Assembly: GCA_044440125.1 (NCBI GenBank)
Contig: JBITAJ010000027.1
Location: 96,001 to 160,000 of the forward strand
Length of the DNA: 64,000 bases
Direction of reading: 5' to 3'
Source of the DNA: Sedimentisphaeraceae bacterium JB056
GTDB lineage: Bacteria > Planctomycetota > Phycisphaerae > Sedimentisphaerales > Sedimentisphaeraceae
Below, in pieces: positions 9,217 through 17,900 of the stretch. The notes below the pieces were generated by a model. It ran no database searches and was not told where the DNA came from. It saw only the letters and a list, made by a program, of their open reading frames with translations. Position numbers and translations under genes: made by a program. Position 1 is the stretch's first letter. Each line of letters starts with the position of its first letter.

Positions 9217-9984
9217 TCAGATATCAAATTCAGCTACAAAAAAAGTATGATCACTTGGTTTTTCTTTTTCACGAGGTTTTTTGTCCACATAGCATCTTGT
9301 GCTTTTGTCGGCTAAAGGCTTGGTTACAAGTATATGGTCAATTCTCCATCCCCTATTATTCTGATAAGAGCCGCCTCTGTAGTCCCAAAAGGTAAATATC
9401 TGCTCTTCCGGGTGGTGTTTTCGGAGTATGTCAGTAAATCCGAAATCTTTGACATCTTTGAACGCATCCCAAACTTCCTGACGAAAACAAACGTGCCCGA
9501 GAAGGCCTTTTGGATTGTGTACATCAATATCTTCAGGTGCAACGTTCATGTCTCCAAGCCATACGACAGGATCGGTCGGCTTGAATCTTTTCTCAAAATA
9601 CTTTTTCAGTCTTGCATACCACTGGAGTTTGTAGGGGAATTTATCTGAGTCGATGCTGTTTCCCTGTGGTATATAGGTGTTTATTATGTTTATGCCGTTT
9701 ATCTTGGTGTTTATAATACGTGGTTCATCACGCGGCTCATCATCAAGGCCATATTCGAAATCATCGATTGGAAGACGGCTCAATGTTGCAACCCCATTAT
9801 AGCTTTTTTGGCCTTTGAATACGACTTCGTATCCGGTTTCCTTGATATCATCAAGCGGGAAATCCTTGTCCTGAACCTTGGTCTCCTGAATGCAGAGTAC
9901 ATCCGGCTCATTTTCACTGAGCCAGTCTTTGATTATCTGCATCCTGCTGCGTATTGAGTTGGCATTAAATGTCGCTATCTTCAT
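9217..9984 (-). CDS. xth: Exodeoxyribonuclease III
   Basis: MKIATFNANSIR, IQETK, YNGVA, GDMN, GWRIDH and PSDH. Confidence 0.96.
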   Translation of the reverse strand: MKIATFNANSIRSRMQIIKDWLSENEPDVLCIQETKVQDKDFPLDDIKETGYEVVFKGQKSYNGVATLSRLPIDDFEYGLDDEPRDEPRIINTKINGINIINTYIPQGNSIDSDKFPYKLQWYARLKKYFEKRFKPTDPVVWLGDMNVAPEDIDVHNPKGLLGHVCFRQEVWDAFKDVKDFGFTDILRKHHPEEQIFTFWDYRGGSYQNNRGWRIDHILVTKPLADKSTRCYVDKKPREKEKPSDHTFFVAEFDI

Positions 9985-10053
9985 ATTTCACCTTAGGTTA
10001 TCTATTTGGTATAAACTAACTGCAAAGATTATCAGTCTTTAGATTGTTAAAAA

Positions 10054-10791
10054 TCAATAAAATATTTTCATCAAGCATAAACCATTTGGCGGAGCAAGCA
10101 GTCCTGCCTGACGACGATCTTTTGCAGCTATTATATCGTCTATTATTTCGGGCATCCATCTGCCTCGTCCTACTTCAACTAAAGTGCCAACCATGTTTCG
10201 TACCATATTGTACATAAATCGATTGCCTTCAACGTCAATTGTTATCCAGTCATTTTTTCGGCTGACTTCGCACCTTGTTATCGTACGTATACTGTCGGTT
10301 CTGTAGTCTTTGGCGGAGGCGAACGACTTAAAATCCTTTGTTCCTACCATTCTCTCTGCTGCTGCCGACATATTTGAGACATCCAAACCGTAAGGATAGT
10401 GCCATACTGTCCTGAAATCAAACACAGGCTTTTCGTCTCCGGTGTATATAGTATACCTATAATGCTTTCCTATTGGCGCACCGATTGGGTCGAAGTTCAG
10501 TTTCATCTGCTCAACATCAACTATTGCTATGTCATTGGGAAGCAACGGATTGATTGCCTTTTTCATATTTTCGATAGGTATCGGTGTATCAATCACCATA
10601 TTTGCCACTTGGCCAAGGGCATGTACACCTGCATCTGTACGGCTTGTGCCGCAAATATGTATTTTCTGGTCGAAAAGCCTTTCCAGGGCATTTTCTATCA
10701 CTTCCTGAATGCTGATTGCATCTTTCTGTCTTGCCCAGCCATGGTACGCATTCCCGTCATAGCTTATTGTAAGTTTAATATTTTTAAGCAT
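10054..10791 (-). CDS. truA: tRNA pseudouridine(38-40) synthase
   Basis: YDG…GW, SRTDAGVHALGQV, FMYNMVRNMVG and APPNGLCL. Confidence 0.96.
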   Translation of the reverse strand: MLKNIKLTISYDGNAYHGWARQKDAISIQEVIENALERLFDQKIHICGTSRTDAGVHALGQVANMVIDTPIPIENMKKAINPLLPNDIAIVDVEQMKLNFDPIGAPIGKHYRYTIYTGDEKPVFDFRTVWHYPYGLDVSNMSAAAERMVGTKDFKSFASAKDYRTDSIRTITRCEVSRKNDWITIDVEGNRFMYNMVRNMVGTLVEVGRGRWMPEIIDDIIAAKDRRQAGLLAPPNGLCLMKIFY

Positions 10792-10810
10792 TTAGATACT
10801 TTGTTCCTGT

Positions 10811-13111
10811 TTATAAATTCAACGCCCAGTTGCGATGATAATTCCAAGTTTCCTGATTGCCCCAGACGTTGTAATTGATATTCGAACCGATTCGTTCAAA
10901 TAATCGTTTTGCAGTTTCTATATCGTTGTTTAGGCAAGAGAATAGACAGAAATGATTTAGGAAAAAAAAGGATTGAGAAAATCTTGGGTCGTCAATTATT
11001 TGCTCAAAACCACTTTTGATTTTTGCGTAATCAAACTTAAAGTCATCAAAATCTCTCAAAGTGTTATTTTTTGCATAGACAGCTATTCTGCTGTAAAAAA
11101 TATCACCAAACCTGTCTTTTGTTAAATCGGCAGCTTCCTCAGCAAAGGCGACAACTTTATCAGTAGAGCCTCCCCATTTGGGAAGGATGCATTCAGTATA
11201 ATTCAAGTATAATTGTGTGTAATATTTATCAATTTTGATACCTTCTTCAAAAGCAGATCTTCCATCACTATCATTATCCATTGCCATCTGTGTTATAATC
11301 ATGGAGCTATATATATGAGGACATTTTTGTTCAAGTCTTAAGGCTTGCTCTATTATAGTTGTTGTTTTAGCCAGCCATTCCTGAAAGGCTTTATAATCGA
11401 CAATCTCATCAGCTAAGCCTCTACCACGTTTATCCCATGCAACATCCAAACTTACGCCTGCTTGCACAACAAATGGATATACTGATTGTGGGTATTGCTT
11501 TTTCCATTTTTCACATTTATCTACTACCCAATCATAATAATATTCTAAATCAGTCTGTTCCCAATATTCACTTAAACTTTCAAGTATAATTCGGTATTTT
11601 TGTTTTCCGTATTTTGAAAAATATTCGCCTGTAGCTCTTGACTGAGATATTATTTGCTCTAATTGTTCAAATTGTTCATCCCTGAACAAACATAGCACGA
11701 AATTGAATTCATCACTGCATTCTCTGTATTGACCTTTTACATTTTCTTCGCATTGATTTTGTTCAATTTTGGCAAGGATAAAATCGTTACCACCATATAT
11801 ACCATAATTTCGATTCTGTAACAAACCGTTATTCTTAACAACACCATCAACATAGGCATCAAGATATAGACCACTGCCCTTATTACTAAGACAGTTATTC
11901 CCAATTACATCTGCTTTACAATTACTGAGAGATATTCCGTTATAGAAGTTACCAACACATCCATTGTTTGTTATCTCTGCCATTCCAAGATCAAAGTATA
12001 TTCCATTCCTTTTATTGTTATTGCATTGATTATTATTTATACTAAAGCCTTTTGCTCTGGTATGGATACATATGCCTTGGTAATTCTCACTGCATATATT
12101 ATCTGATATTTGAATGCCAGTAAGCTGTTCAACATATATCCCGCTATAATCACAACAGCTAATATCATTTGAGTTAACCTTTACATCAATATCGTGACCA
12201 ATGATACTAATGCCGTATTTTTTGGAGTTGCGTATCTTGTTGCTTTCAATCACAGAAGATTCTTTTTCTGATCTAAGCTGTGAATTATAGCTGATGCCAT
12301 TTGTACCACTACTCAATATACTATTGCTGCTAATATCATTTCTTCCTTTAGCTTGTGAAACCAAAATTCCATTGCGATGATTATCTATTATTGTACATTT
12401 TTCTATAATTCCGCTACTTTGTCCGCCAACATATATTCCATCATAACCGTTTTCTGTAATTAAACATTCGGATATCATGTATTTCATCTCAGTATTGTTA
12501 TAATCTTCTGGAAACAATTTTGACTCAAGCCTTATACCGCTAATTCTGTTATTTTTCATCTGAGAATCTGAAATGGTTAGCTTTGAAAAATCAGCATACA
12601 CACCTTCACCCAGTCCGTCCTCAAATGTACATTTTGAGATATTTATATCGCTGTCAGATATTTTGATTGCGGCTATACGAGATTTTGAGCAATTGATATT
12701 TTCAATTGTAGCAGTACTCTTTACAATCTGTATGCCATATCTGAATTTGAATCGCTCTTCATCACCCTTTATCGTGAAATTTCTTAAAGTAACTCCTTGA
12801 ACATTCTCAATAGATATTACACTATTATTATGCCCCACAGATAGTACTACTCCTTCAGTAGATTCTCCTTCAAGTTTTATTGATTTACTTATAAAAATTC
12901 TTTCATCATAATTGCCATTAGGTATGGTTATAATTTGCCCATCAGTAGCATTGTTAATTAATGCTTGAAGATTAGAATCGCTCGAATTATTATTCTCCAT
13001 TTTTTCTATATCGGTGCCTTGCGACGATTCTTTGTCTTGTTTGCAACCAGTCAAAGTTATAGCAATTGCAAGCCACAATACTAATAATATTGTACTGATA
13101 TTTTTAGACAT
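10811..13111 (-). CDS. Lipoprotein with right-handed beta-helix repeats and a C-terminal DUF4034-like domain
   Basis: Lipobox LTGC; many N..xGI repeats; AWDKRGRGLA…ILPKWGGS. Confidence 0.75.
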   Translation of the reverse strand: MSKNISTILLVLWLAIAITLTGCKQDKESSQGTDIEKMENNNSSDSNLQALINNATDGQIITIPNGNYDERIFISKSIKLEGESTEGVVLSVGHNNSVISIENVQGVTLRNFTIKGDEERFKFRYGIQIVKSTATIENINCSKSRIAAIKISDSDINISKCTFEDGLGEGVYADFSKLTISDSQMKNNRISGIRLESKLFPEDYNNTEMKYMISECLITENGYDGIYVGGQSSGIIEKCTIIDNHRNGILVSQAKGRNDISSNSILSSGTNGISYNSQLRSEKESSVIESNKIRNSKKYGISIIGHDIDVKVNSNDISCCDYSGIYVEQLTGIQISDNICSENYQGICIHTRAKGFSINNNQCNNNKRNGIYFDLGMAEITNNGCVGNFYNGISLSNCKADVIGNNCLSNKGSGLYLDAYVDGVVKNNGLLQNRNYGIYGGNDFILAKIEQNQCEENVKGQYRECSDEFNFVLCLFRDEQFEQLEQIISQSRATGEYFSKYGKQKYRIILESLSEYWEQTDLEYYYDWVVDKCEKWKKQYPQSVYPFVVQAGVSLDVAWDKRGRGLADEIVDYKAFQEWLAKTTTIIEQALRLEQKCPHIYSSMIITQMAMDNDSDGRSAFEEGIKIDKYYTQLYLNYTECILPKWGGSTDKVVAFAEEAADLTKDRFGDIFYSRIAVYAKNNTLRDFDDFKFDYAKIKSGFEQIIDDPRFSQSFFFLNHFCLFSCLNNDIETAKRLFERIGSNINYNVWGNQETWNYHRNWALNL

Positions 13112-13154
13112 AAAAACCTCCTATTTGATGGACAATTGCAACTATTACAAATCG

Positions 13155-14456
13155 TTATGAGCTACTTATATATTTTTCGATGCTACTGGCTATTGTTTGC
13201 CAAGTCCAGCGTCTCTTGTCATCGTCAGTTTCGAGTAGAGTGACCCTGAAGCCGCGTTTTTTACAACAGAAACCAGTGAGCGGAACAACGCAGATGCCTG
13301 TTGAGCCAAGCAGATAGTAGACAAATCTCTTGTCCGGTTCTACATCTCTTACTTTCTGTTCGACATATTCACGTACACGTTTATCCTCTATTGGGAGGGT
13401 TTGATTATTGTTCAGCACACCTTCGTCAAACAGCACGGGCATATAGAAAGCACCGTGAGGCTTAGTTACAAAAATCCCTTCGACTCTTGAAAGTATGTCC
13501 CAAGCTTCATTAACGCGATCTTCAAACATCTTTTTTCTTCTGCTGAGATGTTCTATATATCGTGAATCGCCCATTATAAGGGGGATCGAGTACTGTGGAA
13601 GACTCGTGGAGCAGACTTCAAGCATTTTCGCATTGATAATGCTCTTAATGTATTGTTTGAACATTGGATGCTTATCCTGGTTGAAAACTTCAAACCAGCC
13701 GCATCTGCCGCCCGGCCAGGGATATTCTTTTGAGATACCTCTGAGAGCCATTCCCGGTACATCACCGATGACTTCGCTGAGATGAACAGTTTCTGAACCG
13801 TTATAAACTATATGCGCATATATCTCATCGCATATAATAAATATATGATGCTTCTTGGCAATTTCAACTATCTTTTCAAGAAGCTCACGAGGATACACGG
13901 TACCTGTTGGATTGTCAGGATTTATAAGCAGTATTCCCGCAATCGAATCGTTATATTTGATCTTATTTTCGAGATCTACAAGATCAGGAAGCCAATTGTT
14001 GTATGGATCAAGCTCGTATGTAAGATGTTCATATCCTGAATGAGCAGCCTCTGCCGATGAGTGCGTGGAATAAGCAGGAGATGGTCCTATTATTCTCGCT
14101 TCACGTTTCAAGAAGCCGAAAACCTTAGCTACTGCATCTCCAAGTCCATTGAAAAACACAATGTCATTGCTTGTTATTTGGCATCCACCGCGTATATTAA
14201 CTTGTTCTGCAAGAAACTCACGTGCGCAGCAAACTCCTTGGGTATCAACATAACCATATGTTTTATCTTGGTTTACGAGATCCGTTATTATATCTTTGAT
14301 CCATTGAGGCATTTTTTCGCCTTTCTGAATCGGGTCGCCTATGTTTTCCCAGGTGATTTCAACACCCAGTTTTTGAAGCTCTCGGGCAACGGCTACAATC
14401 TCTCTTATTTCGTAGGTAAGTTGTCCAGAGCCTTCATGAACTATGTCTCTTCTCAA
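13155..14456 (-). CDS. PLP-dependent aminotransferase, class I/II (AlaA-like)
   Basis: NIGDP, INPDNPTG, DEIY and GISKEYPWPGGRCGW. Confidence 0.9.
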   Translation of the reverse strand: MRRDIVHEGSGQLTYEIREIVAVARELQKLGVEITWENIGDPIQKGEKMPQWIKDIITDLVNQDKTYGYVDTQGVCCAREFLAEQVNIRGGCQITSNDIVFFNGLGDAVAKVFGFLKREARIIGPSPAYSTHSSAEAAHSGYEHLTYELDPYNNWLPDLVDLENKIKYNDSIAGILLINPDNPTGTVYPRELLEKIVEIAKKHHIFIICDEIYAHIVYNGSETVHLSEVIGDVPGMALRGISKEYPWPGGRCGWFEVFNQDKHPMFKQYIKSIINAKMLEVCSTSLPQYSIPLIMGDSRYIEHLSRRKKMFEDRVNEAWDILSRVEGIFVTKPHGAFYMPVLFDEGVLNNNQTLPIEDKRVREYVEQKVRDVEPDKRFVYYLLGSTGICVVPLTGFCCKKRGFRVTLLETDDDKRRWTWQTIASSIEKYISSS

Positions 14457-14973
14457 TTGCTTAACCTCTATATATTAATAAAGCAGTAGATATTCTCGCT
14501 GATTATCTGACTGCAAAACTATTTACTATAATTCCATTAGAGCATATATTACGGCAAAAACCATATCATATCAACTATTTAAGAAGAAAAAGTTATTTGT
14601 TTGGTCTGAAAATATTAAAGGCTTCTTTTGACATCTCAGGCATATTTGACAATAATTAGTTAGGTGATATTTGTTTGCTTAAGTAAGATAATGAGCATAT
14701 TTATTTACAAAGCGGTTGATTTACACTAATTATATTGTAATATAGATTTATGTTAATTTGGTGATTTTTCTATATAGTTGCTAAATAATTGTTATTAAAA
14801 TAGTGTAATCTTGGTATTTTGCAGGTAAAAACGCGTTTTTTATCCCTGTATTAGGGGGTAGACCACCGTTTTTTTCTTTGCGTTTAGTTTTTTTTTGATA
14901 AAATACCCTATGTTGCGGATTTAGTAAGTTATATCTTATAGTGTATTACATTGGAATATGCGACGAGGCAGTA

Positions 14974-17900
14974 ATGAAAAAATATTTAGTTTTGATCCTG
15001 ACATTGTTCTTTTCAAGCATGCTTGTGTATGCAGATGGACCATGTTATTACAAAATTACGGTTGATGGTGAATGTGAATGTAACTCTCCGATAGTCGATG
15101 GCTGTCCTGAGGGTGTTACCGGCACAGGCATTTATAAAAAATATACCAGCTCAGAGGTTCTGTATCCTATAGTTTCAGATCTTGAGGAGTCGTGGGTATT
15201 TTTGCAGGTCGGGACAATGTTCTCAATCAATACTTGCGAAGAGCTTATTTTCTGCGAAGGTATAATACAAAATCAAGGTTCATACGCAGACCCTAATTTT
15301 CTTGATTGCGAATCAGGTGCAGGCAGCTTTGTTTTTGATGTTTTTGGTTATGATGCAGATCTTGACCAAAATATTCCCAAGTTCACAGTAAGTATAAGCA
15401 GACTATGCAGTTGTGAAGAGTATATCAATGCATTACCTGGTATGGGGGCTTCTCCGGAAGATCCAGATTTACCTTGTAATTGCGATTGCGATACTGATCC
15501 TGCATGCGGTACCGAAGATGAAATTTATGATAATCAAGGAGAGCTTAAACCTGATCAGAATGATCCCGGTAAGCCGCTTCCGCCTATAAATGACCCGGTT
15601 ATGCCGAACAGCGGAGCTTTAGTCGCTCCTGTAACTGATTTTGTTGTTCCCGGAAGGATGATGGATATTGTCTTTACGAGAACTTATCGAGGTGATATGG
15701 ATGATCCCGGCTTCAAACATACTTTTTACAGTCCGGGCAAGGGTCAGAAGATTCTTCTGTCTTCAAATCAGGGCTTGATAGACAGGCCTGAGGAGTTTGA
15801 TTTTCCTGTAACAGTAAGTTCTTTTGCAAGTTCAGATTCAGGACGCATTGAGCAATCTCCTCTTGAATTCTACAGCTATATTTTCATGGAAATACGTGAA
15901 TCAGAATGGGATCTTGAATACGATTGTTTCAATGTTGACCTTGGAGATCCTAATGATCCTAACAATGTTGGTGTTATAAGCTTTGAGGATTACAACGGCG
16001 GCAGTGCTACCGTTACAACACATTATTGTGTATATGGTACCAATGACCCTAATGGCGGTGATCCGCTGATATATTTCAACCAGCATCCTGAAGGAAGCCT
16101 TACCTCTATATCTACTCGAACTTTTGATTATGAGTTCAGCAGGTATGCAGGGCGTCTTGGAAGAAAATGGGATCATAGCTACAATATATCACTTGAATCT
16201 ATATTTGATCCAAATGATCAAGCACCGGAAAAGTATGTTCTTCTGGCCGGTAATGCCAAGAGATTGCTTTTTATTCAGGAGCCTGACACAGAATTTGGAG
16301 AAAGCAGTGTATATAGATGCCCGTCAAATACAGATGAGCTTCTTTATAAGACTGAGGCTGGCTTCCAGCTTCACAAAAAGGGCGGGACCATATGGAAATT
16401 TAATACAGATTTGCGTATTACTGCTATAGAAGATTTAAATGGTAATCAGACAACCTTCCAGTATTCCAACGGAAATCTTGAGAGAGTTACGAATGATGCA
16501 GGTAACTACATTACTTTCTATTATGATTCTCTAAACATGATTGATTACATAGTTGACAGTTTTGGAAGGACTTTTGACTATAATCGTGATGTGTATTTTA
16601 ATCTTGCAGAGGTATTGAAGCCTGTCAACAAAGACAAAAGGTCAGCATATACATATGCCGCAGATAACTTACTGCTGACTGCCATAGATGGTGATAACAA
16701 GGTATGGCAGGAGAATATCTACGATTCGGAAGGACGAATTGTTGCCCAGCGTTACGGTGATGGCTACTTTAATAATATCTATCATCTAAACGAAGATGGT
16801 CAGGTAAGCTATGTTGAAATAAATGACAGAAACGGTAACCAACAGCAAGTTCATCTTACCTCTACCGGTTTGATACGCAAAGAGCTTAAGATGGTTGATT
16901 CCCAGTGGGCTGAAACACTTTACTACTATGACTTTGACGTGAACGGCACAGATGAGGCTGAAAGTGATTGTCTTATACAAAAAATAATCAGGCCTGAAGG
17001 CGACATATACGAATATGAATATGATCAGTGGGGCAATACAACTGCTATAATTCATAAGATGGATGAGGCAGATCCAGGATTAAGAACAGAATATACTTAT
17101 TCAAACAGCATTTGGGGATACCCTGAAAGTGTTACGGATCCTGCCGGTTATACTATAGATTACATCTATGATTATATGGAGCCGGAAAATTATGTGGATC
17201 CATCTGGTCGTCTTGTAGGAGTCAGATTGCCTGAGAGTTATGTTTCCGACGTAAATGATATAGACCAGTTAGAGCTTTTAAGTGCTGAATACAGGTTTGC
17301 TTATAACGAATATGGTCAGGTGACAAGATTGACATTGCCTACCGGTGTTTGTGTTGATTTTGAGTATTATGATGGAAGCGGAAAATATTGGCTCAAGAAG
17401 ATCATTTATGATCACGGCAACAGCTCCGGCAACTTGAATATAACACAGCTTTATGATTATGACACATTCGGCAATACTACTATGTTCACTGATGCCGATG
17501 GCTATACGACATCGTACACTTACGATATTATGTCAAGGCTTACTGAGATAATAGATGCTGTCAATTATAAAACGGTCCTTACTTATAACAGGGCAGGTAT
17601 GGTGGAGACCGCTGGCTCGCAGTTAGGTTCATTCTACAACCAAAATACTGCGTTGGCTTCTGAATTCACATATAACACTGTTGATAAGTTGACAAAGATA
17701 ACAGACTGTCTTGGAAGAGTAACGGCATTAGGGTACGATGGGAATGATAACCTTGCTACCTTGACCGATCCTCAAGGATATGTTGATGGTTACTCTGTCA
17801 ATTATGGCTACAACAGTCTTGATCTTCTTGAAGAAATAACCAAACCTGAAGATTATAATACTGCTGAAGGAAATGATAATGTTACGACATTCACCTACTA

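Noticed and set aside
14457..14973. Long AT-rich divergent intergenic region before the RHS gene
   Set aside because: No repeat, RNA structure or att-like site that I can support
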